DNA of 64,000 bases from Eledone cirrhosa. Lineage: Eukaryota. The position numbers and the translations under genes are program-made. Location: assembly GCA_964016885.1 (NCBI GenBank), contig OZ024743.1, positions 185,380,001 through 185,444,000 on the forward strand, written 5' to 3'. Of this stretch, positions 1-11,525 are shown one piece after another. The notes under the pieces were generated by a model. That model had not been told where the DNA came from. It saw nothing but the letters and a program-made list of their open reading frames with translations, and made no database searches. Each line of letters begins with the position of its first letter. The stretch's first letter is position 1.

Positions 1-567
1 GATTTTAAGTAAGCAGTAATTGTAAACTTATTCTAATATCTCTCGATGTCTCCAACAGATGCGGTTCGGCATGCCGCCATTGACCTTATCAGTTATGTCC
101 CCTTGAGCTCGCATCAGCGCCGCCACTTGCAAAGTAATTTTCTTCTAATTGACTTAAAACTAATTTTAACTTGTATCTGCTTTAACTTGTCAAATAACTC
201 CATCTAGTATAGCTTTTCACATTTTCCTGAGTTATCATACACTCTTATTCCCACTTATTTTAAATTGACCATGACGTAATGAGATGAGCAAAAAAAAACC
301 AATTCTAATTTAAAGTGGAACTGAATAGCAATACACCTTACTACTACTACTACAAGAGAGAGAGAGAGAGAGAAAAGAAAATGGAATTCTTTGAAAATAA
401 ATTAGACAAATTCAGAACAATAAATGTTCAAACATTGATTGCCTCTGTGCCATAGCAGACAACATTATATTTTTTTTTTATAAAGTGTTTAATGCACAAT
501 CTGTAAAATGAAGCACAAGAAAAGTGATAAGTTAGATAAACATTTGCTTAAAGCAGTGTTTTATAAT

Positions 568-1258
568 CTTCTTCTTCTTCTTCTTCTTCTTGGGAGGGTT
601 GTGGGAGCTCAGTCCTCAAACACTCCTTCCATCAGGTTCTGCCATAAGAAATGGCCTTCAACTGATCTGGCTGGATCCCCAAGTGAGACCAGCCAAGCTC
701 ATGGATGTTATCCAACCATATTGCTCGGGGTCTACTCCTGGGTTTCCTGCCAGTTGGTTTTGCCTGAAAAATCTATCCAGTGATTCTTTTCTGAGACATT
801 TGAAACCACATGCCCATATTATTGGAGCTGTAATCTCTCAATTTGGAGAAGTAGCGGCTCTACCTGGAGTGACTCTCTGATCTCCGAGCTACACACTTTA
901 TCAAGTAACTTTACTCCAAAGAGCCTTCGAACGAACCCCATTTCAGCTGCTTGTATTCATGATTGTATTCTTTTGGTCATTACCCAAGATTCACGACCAT
1001 AAGTGAGATGCTGGCATGAATATCGAATTGAAGATAGCGAGTTTGGCTTTTACACTTACCTCCCTTCTTCTGATTACCGAATGCTGAAGCTGGCGCATTA
1101 TTGCCCCAGCTCCTGCAATTCTTGCACTTAATTCAACCTCCTGCTTTCCATCACTCATGAACATAGCCCCGAGATACTCAAACTTCTCCTGCTTCAGTGG
1201 AACTCCATTCACATGTTGAGTGCACTGTGCAGGCTGCCTTGAGAGGATGAGTGTTTCA
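568..1258 (-). mobile_element. 5'-truncated, degenerate RTE-clade LINE (RT C-terminal part) with (AAG)n 3' tail
   Basis: ORF 991-1212(-) reads FEYLGAMFMSDG..ELSARI..A (RT thumb region). The (CTT)n at 568-590 is the tail on the - strand. Nearly co-linear with 20165-20830. Confidence 0.8.
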
Positions 1259-3179
1259 TAACCTTTTTTGAGAATATATTTTATCAGAGTGCTTAGTTTA
1301 AATTTTATTTAAGCATTTATTGAATAACTAAAGCCAGGGTTCGATTAAGCAAGAAGGTTTTTTTTATTCAAATTTGTCATTCTCCCATAATTATTTTTTT
1401 TGAGCATTCCGACTATGCTCTAAATTAAGCTTTCCGACTATGCTCTAAATTAAGTGCCTCAAAATGATTCAATATGACACTGTCTAAATATTACAATTTT
1501 TACAAGCAAGAGCTCCACACCTCAATTGCACTCAGAGCTGGAGTCGGAGTCTGTGGGAGATTGAAATGTCATTATGGTAGATCCCTTCATCCCACAGGTC
1601 GTTGTGGGTTATCTTGCTGCTTGAATGTCAGACATTACATTTGCCATACCAAGCTGAACTTAATTATCTGGCTTGAATCAATATCCTCTCCATTCTGGAG
1701 CCAGCTGAATTGTTCTGAGTTGATGGGAAGAGGCCAGGTGGTCTTCCTCTTTGCCCCTGGATAAGAGGTAGGTGTGTCATTTGGGGTGCCACAGTTAGCA
1801 ACTCTTTTGTTCCTTTCCACGCCTTTGATGCAGCAGAGGGTCACTGATGAATGGAATACAATTCTAACATACCAGGAAGTATGTGTTGACTTGCCTCAAG
1901 AATTATTAGAGATAATCTCCAGTGTCCTTTGTTGTGGTGTCTGATTGAATGTGTGTCTTTTCTCTACCCTTTTATTTCTTTTTTTAGTACTATCTCTGCA
2001 TAGTCTTATTCATTATATAAATTGTATTGACAATGTATATAAACTACTAATTTGTATTATTAACCCTTTCTTCCCTTACCACTTCATACCTTTCAAAAAG
2101 TCCACCACCACCATTCAGTATCTTCCTGTAATCCTCTTGAGTCTCCCTGCACCCCTACAGGGGCTGTAGTGCTCATTTTCGAAATCACTGTCATAGAGGA
2201 TATGCAGGGGGCTAATTTCAAACAACAAAAATCGTATTAACCCTTTCAGTACTAAACCAACTGAACCATATCTGGGTCATCTATACTAATCAATTTATGA
2301 TAGTGTTTATATTTATCTAAAAAAACCTCAATTAGAATTTTATGTGAGAATCTTTAAGTTATGTTCCAAACACCAGCTTAATAATGAAAAATATTTTACT
2401 AAACCCCTTCAAATTCTTGATTATTTTGAAAATTATTTGAAAATCATAGACAGTGTCTTTCATTGGAAATATGGCAACAAAAGGGTTAAAAGGCATAGGA
2501 GATGCATAGAGGAAAACTGCTCCGTGTGAGTTATGGATTATCACATATATTTTGTGAAGCAACTGAATGGCTTTCATTTGGATGTGGCCCCAGATGTTTG
2601 TGTGTGTAGCAACCTTATTGTCCTACAGCTGCTGCTGAATAAGACAGCCTCTTTTCCTGCTGACCATGGCTTGGTATAGATGTTCCCCTATTCCAATAAC
2701 AGAAAAACAAAAAATTAGGTTCTGTTGAGCTGGCTAGGCTTATATATATGGTCCTTCCTTTTACTGTGAGAAACCATGTTGGTCTAAAAGGAAGCTGATG
2801 ATTCAGATGACACTAAAGTTCTATTTTTCTTGATATTTACTTTCTTCATCCTTTATCCATTATTTTTATTTATTTTTTGCAATTCTCCAAAAGTTCTGCT
2901 CCATCAATCTTATTCTAACTTTTCTCTTCTCTTCTTTCTCTCTATACTCCTCTCACTTCTCATCTCATGCTTTAGACTCTCTTTCTTCCTGTCTCTCCCA
3001 CTCTCCGTTCAATATGTGGTTATATCTTAACCCTACTTTTTACTATACATATAGTATTCAGCTGTTTACAGCTACCCTTCGTGCTGAGAATCCTACAATT
3101 TTATTAAAATTCATATACACTCATTGCTTCAATTCTTTTCAATTAATGTTTACATTTACTGTGAGAAACCATGTTGGTC

Positions 3180-4623
3180 TATAGAGGTATAAAGTTGATG
3201 GACCAGGTCATGAAAGTAACAGAAAGAGTTATAGCACAGCTGATTAGGGACCGGGTGAAAATAGACGAGATGCAATTTGGGTTTGTACGAGGAAGAGGCA
3301 CCACTGATGCCCTCTTCCTTGTGAGGCAATTACAGGAAAAGTACCTAGCTAAAAGTAAGCCACTCTACTTGGCATTTGTCGACCTTGAAAAAGCCTTTGA
3401 CAGAGTTCCACGTGCTGTAATCTGGTGGGCTCTTAGAAAACTAGGAGTAGATGAATGGCTTGTGAAAGCGGTACAAGCCATGTATAGGGGAGCAGCCAGC
3501 AAAGTTAGGATTAGCAATGAGTATAGCGAGGAATTTAGCGTACAGGTTGGGGTCCACCAGGGCTCTGTTCTTAGCCCTCTCCTGTTCATCATAGTCCTGC
3601 AGGCAATAACGGAGGAGTTTAAGACCGGATGCCCATGGGAACTCCTGTATGCTGATGACCTCGCACTCATAGCTGAATCTATGGTAGAACTAGAGAATAA
3701 ATTCCAAACCTGGAAGCAGGGACTAGAAAGAAAGGGTCTCAAAGTCAACATGACAAAGACTAAGGTCCTTGTAAGTAGACGAGAAAACAGAACCCAGATC
3801 CCCTCAGGGAAATGGCCTTGCTCAGTATGTAGGAAAGGTGTAGGTAGGAACTCCATTCTCTTCCCCAAATGCAAACAATGGGTACACAAGAGATGTAGCG
3901 GGATCTCAGGAAGCTTAATTAAGAATGTAGGATTCACATGCAGCAGCTGTGCTGAGACAGCAAACAGCAAACAGCAAACAGCCACAGGAAACAAGTACCA
4001 CCAATCTCTGGGAGGGCCCTGTAGAAAGAGTAGTAGACAGCTTCTGCTACCTAGGTGACCGAATTAGCAGCGGAGGTGGGTGTTCAGAAAGTGCAATAAC
4101 TAGGGTAAGAACGGGATGGAAGAAGTTTAGGGAACTACTACCACTGCTAGCTGCAAAAGGCTTCTCCCTCAGAATGAAAGGCAGACTGTATGATGCGTGT
4201 ATCTGAACAGCGATGTTGCATGGTAGCGAGACCTGGGCGCTGAAGGTGGAAGACTTACGTAGATTAGAGAGAAACGAAGCCTGCATGCTCCGATGGATGT
4301 GTAACAATAATATACGTGAACGACAAAGCATAAATGAATTGAGAGAGAGACTGAGCATAAGAGGAATCAAATTCTGTGTGCAGGAGAGGCGGTTGCGCTG
4401 GTATGGACATGTGATGCGTATGAAGGATGACAGCTGCATAAAAAGGTGCAGAGCACTAGAAGTTGATGGAAACCGCGGAGTGGGGAGACCCAAGATGACC
4501 TGGGATGAGGTGATAAAAGCCGACCTTACCCAATTACACCTCTCAAAGACAATGACACACGACCGTGACTTCTGGCGTCACGCAGTAATACAGAGTACCC
4601 GACCTCCCATGGGTACAAGCTGA
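3180..4623 (+). pseudogene. 5'-truncated RTE-clade LINE RT with frameshift and stop; Cys/His finger inserted within the RT
   Basis: Motifs YRGIKL, QFGF..GRGTTDA, FVDLEKAFD, GVHQGSVLSP, LLYADDL, FCYLG, RLRWYGHVMR and GRPK..W occur across ORFs 3171, 3949 and 4213. Confidence 0.92.
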
Positions 4624-4920
4624 AGCATATAGACAATATGCCCCCCCCCCCCCCACCGCAAGGTGGTCGTGGAGGTGCCACGGCAAAAAAGCACCCAACC
4701 CACACTGTAAAGTGGACGTGTAGGCGCCACGAAAAAGCACCCAGCACTCACTGTAAATGAGGTTGGTGTTAGGAAGGGCATCCAGCTGTAGAAATCAAGC
4801 CAAATCAGTTCCTGTATGAACAAGGCATGGTCAGCCGACCAGACACTGCCCAGAACAGGACAACCCGTCTAACCCATGCTAGCGTGGAAGAACGGACGTA
4901 AAACGGTGATGATGATGATA
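4624..4920 (+). mobile_element. 3' UTR / SINE-like module: C-rich spacer, ~47-bp units, GGAAGGGCATCCAGC core, RTE-type tail ending (GAT)n
   Basis: The same module recurs at 26880-27116(+), 36924-37520(-), 53572-53821(+), 5400-5570(-), 27425-27660(-) and 38046-38215(-). Confidence 0.75.
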
Positions 4921-5399
4921 TATGTATGTATGCTAGCAGAAGTACCCGGTGATGCCCAAGTATTTCATGTAAGTAAGAATATATTTTTACACACATTACA
5001 AAATTTAACAAATATAACACAATTTCTGTGTATTTACTCCTGAAATTAGATGTAATGTGAGTTACCATAGAAGTTCACTGATTAAGGGTTTTACAGCATA
5101 CCGTTTTTGTGAAAAAATGTCTCAAAGTTTAAACTCGTACATATATATCAGTAGATGTATATTGAAATGATGAGTCATTTCACTTTTTTTTAATAGTTTT
5201 TTAAAAATGTGTATTGTTGATAACACACACTTAAAAAAATGACTATTACTACCACTCTTCTGTATTATTTTTCTCAACAGCAACGAAATATATGTCTTAT
5301 GACATGAAGTGATATGCTCTACTTACTTGAAAAACTGTGATATGCATGACATCATATATATATATCACAGTTTTTAGAATAAAAAACTGTGATATGCAT

Positions 5400-5735
5400 C
5401 ATCATTCATCATCATTTCATTTTATGTCCGCTTTTTCCCTGCTTGCAAGGGTGGGATGGGAACTGATGCTGGCTTGATTTCTACAGCTGGATGCCCTTCC
5501 TAACACCAACCTCATTTACAGTGAGTGCTGGGTGCTTTTTTGCCGTGGCACCTCCACAACCACTTTGTAGTGGAATGATATGGACCCCAGTCCCTATCAT
5601 CTCATTTCTACAGCTGAGTAAACTGGAGCAATGTGAAATAAAGTGTCTTGCTCAAGGAAACAACACATCACCCGGTCTGAGGATTGAACTCACAATCTTT
5701 CGATTGTAAGGCCAATGCTCTAACCACTAAGCCAT
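5400..5735 (-). mobile_element. SINE with tRNA-like head and RTE-type tail
   Basis: Reverse complement begins ggcttagtggttagagcattggcc...gagttcaatcc (A/B boxes), then the GGAAGGGCATCC core and a (GAT)n tail. Confidence 0.7.
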
Positions 5736-5809
5736 GACATTATATATAAATATATGTGTGTATATATATATATATTTTAGTTATCATGACTTGTTCTATT
5801 TTATCAATT

Positions 5810-6264
5810 AATAATTTGGTATAGGTGGTGTTGGAAGGAGTAGGTATATTTTTGATAGAATAATCCAATTCATAAACGTCCATGGTGTATGTTGGTTAAT
5901 TTCCTGAAACTGTAGAGTGCTCAACTTATCGGGCTGGAAGGTGCCAATCATATATGTAATATAGAATATGCTTCGATCATTCCCGGTTGGAGCTGTATAA
6001 ATGAAGTATTTCCGTCAGAAAGGTACAGGAAAAAAGAGTGCTCTATATGATTGGCACCTTCCAGCCCGATAAGTTGAGCACTCTACAGTTTCAGGAAATT
6101 AACCAACATACACCATGGACGTTTATGAATTGGATTATTCTATCAAAAATATACCTACTCCTTCCAACACCACCTATACCAAATTATACATAACTAATAA
6201 GCTCTGGTCCTACATAGAGCACTCTTTTTTCTTGTATCTTTCCGACGGAAATACTTCATTTATA
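5810..6264. repeat. Interleaved double inverted repeat in a TA-rich tract (Penelope-like non-coding fragment)
   Basis: 5811-5953 is the reverse complement of 6044-6187. 5996-6046 is the near reverse complement of 6214-6264. Followed by (TA)n. Confidence 0.8.
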
Positions 6265-6632
6265 TATATATATATATATAATATATTTAAATGAAAAGTA
6301 TAGAAATTATTGTGAGCAAGAAGCCAACAATATATATATACACACATATAATGTCATGTATATCACAGTTTTTTATTCTAAAAACTGTGACATGCATGAC
6401 TGACACACACACATATATAAGCAAAAATAAATGGAGGAGAAGGCAATACATTCAAAAACAAAATTTATTCCTTACACTGTGTTTCATTTAGGCAATATCA
6501 ATATAACAGTTCTATACATATATGTGTGTACGCATGCATAAATATTATAAAGAATATTTTCAGAGAAGAAATATTGCTTTTAATGATGTTGCTGGAAGGT
6601 AGTCCAATCTATATAACAGTGAACAAAATATA

Positions 6633-6681
<49 letters not shown>

Positions 6682-6743
6682 AGTGGGGAAAAGCGGACGT
6701 AAAATGATGATGATGATGATAAAATGATGATGATATATATATA

Positions 6744-7410
6744 CTAGCTGAATTACTCGCGCCTTGCTGCGTTTCACACATTTTATTTTTTGTAAGAAAA
6801 TGATGATTGATTTTAAATCAGTGATGTAATTTATGGAGAAAAACTCTGCATTTCAATATTACTCAATGTAAAATGTAATGCATGAAAAATTGGAAAACAT
6901 TATTTTTTGTAATATATCAAATCAAAATTACATTATTAAATCTTATTTTGTTTCTTGTAAATAATTTTTTTCAAAATATCAATTCAAAACTTGATCATTT
7001 CATTTTTGTGTAAAGCATTATTTTCAAATTAGAAATTCAAAGTTCCAATACTCAAGTTATGGGCTTCCAAAATTTTCACTATAGGGGTTTAACCCCCATT
7101 AGGGTGTCTCAATATTACTGAAATTTGCTGAAATTTTGTGAATAGGCATCATATCTTGTCATTTACCTATGGTTTAAATATCATATAAATCAAAGGGAAA
7201 ACATTTTCAGCGGGGGTTTGTGCCCTCGGGGAACCCTTTGATTAAAATGAAATATACTTATCCAAGTACCCTGGGCAATGTAGTTTCAGAATATACATGG
7301 TTATGGGGTCTTTCTCCCAAACCATAGGAGGAATTCGTGAACAAGCAAACAAGCATTTGTACATACACACATATGTACATTTGTAGGTGCATATACACAC
7401 ATTTATACAC
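6744..7410 (-). mobile_element. Putative non-autonomous Helitron
   Basis: The - strand ends in a GC-rich subterminal stretch (gcagcaaggcgcgag) then CTAG|T at 6744. The 5' boundary is uncertain. Confidence 0.5.
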
Positions 7411-7539
7411 ATACCCTTACTATATTTCCTTATTTTATTTTTATATATCTCTTGCATTACTTTTATTTATATATTTTTTTTTGCCCGTTAAACTTTTGCC
7501 TTTCTTGAGGAGATTTTTCAAATATTTCACTATGTTTTA

Positions 7540-7620
7540 AATTACCTTGTCTGACGAACGAATGAGGACGTTTCTTGTATTCGTCTTATTCGGGAAACCT
7601 CTGGTAATGAGGTAATTATA
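7540..7620 (+). ncRNA. Hammerhead ribozyme-like motif (type I, helix I degenerate) in a Penelope-like 3' fragment (~7415-7720)
   Basis: CTGACGA (7551), long stem II (cgaatgaggacg/cgtcttattcg), GAAA, stem III cctc/gagg, GUA triplet. The fragment ends in (TA)n. Confidence 0.55.
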
Positions 7621-7767
7621 TTGTATTGTTTATTATACATTAAATTTAGCTCTGTAACTTTCTTAGAGCACTCTTCACTCCTATGACTTTTTTAATTTTC
7701 AACGGAAACTTCAATACTTATATATATATATATACTATAAATTATGTCCATAGAATTATATATATAT

Positions 7768-7807
7768 ATCGCTTCTCGGCCTTTTAGCTAAGATCAAAGT
7801 GTAGTAT
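7768..7807 (+). pseudogene. RNU2: U2 snRNA 5' fragment (first ~40 nt), retro-pseudogene
   Basis: ATCGCTTCTCGGCCTTTTAGCTAAGATCAAAGTGTAGTAT matches the U2 5' end, including the branch-point recognition sequence GTAGTA. Flanked by TA repeats. Confidence 0.9.
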
Positions 7808-7809
7808 AT

Positions 7810-8022
7810 ATATAATAACAATAAATACAAACACCAAAATCTAGAGGGGTCTCGATAAAGGTTGTATATATAAACCCGTAGAGCAAATATTTTTTATTAA
7901 CACAAATTAAAAGTTAAAGCAATGAATTTCTGCTTTTACCCTAAGCAGGATCAACTGAAACAGTTTCAGATTATCCCACTTAGGGTGAAAGCAGAAATTC
8001 ATTGCTTTAACTTTTAATCTGT
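7810..8022. mobile_element. Penelope-like fold-back fragment with variant hammerhead (family shared with 16978-17372 and 43900-44090)
   Basis: Inverted arms at ~7900-7960 and 7964-8022. 7810-7895 is the diverged reverse complement of 17282-17370. Confidence 0.7.
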
Positions 8023-8544
8023 ACTATACACACATACACACACAACCTCTCTAGTGCTGGTGATACAATAAAATGCACACAATCCACAGTGTGAAGTGGT
8101 TGGTGAGAGTAAGGGCATCTAGCCAAAAAACTTTCTGTTAAAAACGATGACTATTACAACCTACAATGTTAAAAATAATTGCGTAGACAGTGTACACTCT
8201 AATCTAGGTGAGAGCAAAAACACCTCAATCATCAAGTGATTGTGTAATCCATTTCAGGTACAGAGAGCTATTACTAAAAGATGACCTAACCACAAAGAGA
8301 CCCCCCACCCTTCTCTGGGGTAATCCAATGCTAGGTAGAGGAGCTTTCTCTTGCAGTTTTCTCACAGTGAAGAGGGCATTAGTGGTACTTCTAATCGACT
8401 ACAAAATCAAACTCCATCTCGTCTTTTGAACAAATATGAGCACATATTGTGTTAACTGTTTTGTATTATCTGTATAGATACACCATTGTTATTCACACTT
8501 TTGGAAATTCAAGGAACAAGTGATTGACTCGCGGGAAACCTATA

Positions 8545-8750
8545 AATCTTCTTCGCCTACTTATTCCTGAGAGCGGGTCTTGTCAGAAGCAACCGTCTCC
8601 AACTGATCAGACTGGATCCCCAAGCGTAACCAGCCAAGCTCATGGATGTTATCAAATTATCTTGCTCGGCGTCTTGCCCGTAAAATCTGTCCAGCGATTC
8701 TTTTCTGACAGTATCGGAGCCGTGATCTCTTAATTAACGGCGCTATCTTT
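8545..8750 (-). mobile_element. Short, deleted RTE LINE 3' fragment (family of 568-1258)
   Basis: ctggatccccaag..accagccaagctcatggatgttatc is shared with 670-715 and 20255-20295. Confidence 0.7.
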
Positions 8751-9929
8751 TTAAGTGTCTGCATAGTCTTATAAATTGTAATAATAAGTTTAATGATGTA
8801 TAAGTATGTTTACGATGCTATTGTTCACAAAAGGCAATAAAATAAATGCATTAAATAAACAATATTCTTTAAGTGAAATTCGAAACTGCACCAATGTTAT
8901 CATGAAGCAAGTTATCGAAGTAGTTAGTCAGCAACCACAAGTTGAAATAATAGTCTTCTGCTCGGAATGTAGCACTTCACTTTTCAGTAACAATCAACTC
9001 ATGGACAGCTAAAGATATTTCAACAACAAACAGCTGACAAAACTTAGTCGTAAACAACGCATTCAATTTTTAGCGTTTTTTAGTTAATCACGTGAGCTTT
9101 GTTACTTTCACCCGATGCGATTCGATAGAAAAATTGAAAACTGCTTCAGTAAAGTGGAAGAGTCATTTTAACCACACACGCACAAAATCTGTTAACTTTA
9201 CTTTATATATATAATTTATTTCTTGAAATCAAAATGTACGTCGCACTTTCAGCGACACGGTCACTGACAGAGTTCCACCGCAACGACTCTTACATGCAGT
9301 AATTTAGTTTGAACACAGGGTCTCAAATGAAGTCATTTGCCAAACAAGCACAACTGTGGCTAAAATGATTCTTACACAATGTTTCAACACACGGTCTCAG
9401 ATCAAGTCATTTGTCAAACAAGTACAACTCTAAAATGCGCTAGTAGTAATCTCCCCCGCCCGCAATACGCAAAAATAAAAAGTTACTTAAATTCATTTCT
9501 CTCACAAGTATTTTAATCATAAGACGAAGAAATTTATGTTGATTAGGTATACAGGTTTCTAAATCATAATGAAAAAGAATGAAAGGCTGTAATAACAATG
9601 AAAATGATTGTGCACGAGACAGTGCCGGTGGTCGATAGATTTGAAACATCAGCTTTGATATTAGATATAAACGAAGTAAACCACACGACTAAGAACCCAC
9701 ATGTTCGTGTCTTTCCCGAATGTCGTTAGTTGCATAAGTCAAATAAATTTTCTACTGTATTGTATTCATCACTTCGAAAGATAACTTCTTGCTTTTACGT
9801 TAATTGCAATTCATCAAAACCTCTTAACTTCGAGCAACATTCAAAGATTTGATAACGAGGCTAGTATAGCAAGCACATGACATATCTGTGTATAATGGGA
9901 TATACTCTTACTATTCCCCTTCCTGTTAA

Positions 9930-10075
9930 AAATAACGTCACTAAACAACTTGCATAACAACGACGTGCGAACCGTGTTAAGGGGATGTTTGATGAAACGT
10001 ACTCTCACGTGGCACAAGTGACGTAAGGAAAACGTCAGTGACGTCAGCGTCCGTTTCCGTTAAATGCAACGTCCA
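9930..10075 (+). promoter_or_regulatory. Probable promoter of the GMEB-like gene: CpG-rich patch with 8 ACGT cores (CRE TGACGTCA, E-box CACGTG)
   Basis: ACGT at 9935, 9963, 9997, 10007, 10021, 10032, 10041 and 10069, in unique sequence upstream of the first coding exon. Confidence 0.55.
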
Positions 10076-11182
10076 TATTTGTTTCTCTTCGTGAATTGGG
10101 ACAACTTTACCATTTTCATTCTTTATAATTCTTACTATTTTTTCTGGCTTAACATATTTTCTTTTTGGCTTCCCTATCTTGTTCTCTTGTTTTTTCTTTT
10201 TTTTCTTACCATCCTTTTTCGGAGTTATTTTAAAACCTCCACAAAATTTAAGAAAAAGAACGAACAAAAAATACTCACACGCACACACACACAATTTCTT
10301 AAATACTCGATACTAATTACACATTAAATATATTACACATCACTAACAAAATAATAAATATATATATTTTTCTAAATCTCTGAAAAATCTTATGATCAGC
10401 CGAAGTTTTTTGTTATCGATAAGTTCTTTATTGACGATGTAACTTTCCCTCCCCAGCAGTTATTTGATAACACCTCCCCCGTTTTACTGTGAGGATATAT
10501 ATATTATATATATATAATTATCACAACATTCCGCCTTGTGATCATTGTGGAATCAATTAAAACAAAGCTAAAATAGACTATTAACATGAACCATATACAT
10601 GTTTATTCCTGTCTATAGACGCGAACGTCACTTTTTATTTGATATTCCCATTATCAGCAAAACCCACATAAGTTCCGCCACTGTTCAGCTACTTTTTGAC
10701 TGTGATACTATTAAAGGTGGGTAAATACTAAGTTTTTCTTTCCTCATGTTCACACATACACGTCATTACTACTATTATGATTATTTGCTTTACGTTGTTA
10801 TTTATGCATCATATCTTTAATCAAAGATTTTTTTTCTAGCCAAGACCATTCTTTCGTTTTGTATTTCTAGGACTACGTTATCCAATGTGTCCATCCTTTT
10901 CGTATGGGAGAGATTTGGCTGCTTTTTCTAGTAGTCCACGAGCCGGCGTAGGATCCCCGTTGATTCGTTATTTATGTATACGTTCTATATTTTCTAACAC
11001 ATATACTGGATTTTCTTATACCTCATTATAAAACTTTCGACTGGATACTCACCAATGTATATTTATAACAACATTAGTAGTAGCCAAGCACTTGTTACTT
11101 TCGATCCAGTCATGGAATTTTGACAATTTTTCTACTGAGTTATGTTTCCTTCATTTCTACTTCCTCAGAATAATATTAATGG

Positions 11183-11525
11183 TTTCTAATTTAGGCATAA
11201 AACCAATAGGAAAGTCAGTGGGTAGGAAAGTCAGTTATATTAAACCCTGTACGTGATTGGTACTTTATTTTGTCGACCTCGGGAGAATGAATAGCAAAGT
11301 TGACCTTGGCGGGATTTGAGCTCAGAACTTAAACAGCACGAAACATTTTGTCCGACGCTCTATCGAACCTCTTTGTCAAATGACTTTTAATCTAGGCACA
11401 CAGTTAGTAATTTTGGGATGAGGCGATGTTGACAGGTGATTTATTTTATCAATTCAGGAAAGATGAAAGGCAAGGTTGAGTTCAACTGAGTTTGAACGCA
11501 GAACGTAAAGAGACGTAACTAAATC
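11183..11525 (-). mobile_element. Two partial tRNA-type SINE copies (family of 14468-14652)
   Basis: Reverse complements contain gagctcaaatcccgcc/gcgttcaaactc, caactttgc..ttcat and gtcgacaaaataaagtacc. Confidence 0.65.

Noticed and set aside
1407-1453. Small tandem duplications (also 9310-9430 and 42865-42955)
   Set aside because: Ordinary local slippage duplications with no further structure.
3365-4493. Antisense ORFs over LINEs (also within 45660-52749)
   Set aside because: Shadow frames of RT coding sequence with no independent motifs.
7768-7807. Functional U2 snRNA gene
   Set aside because: Only ~40 nt; no Sm site or 3' stem-loops.
10599-10724. Upstream coding exon of the GMEB-like gene (MFIPVYRR...)
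   Set aside because: The available GT donors are out of phase with the exon at 13627; at most a uORF or UTR exon.
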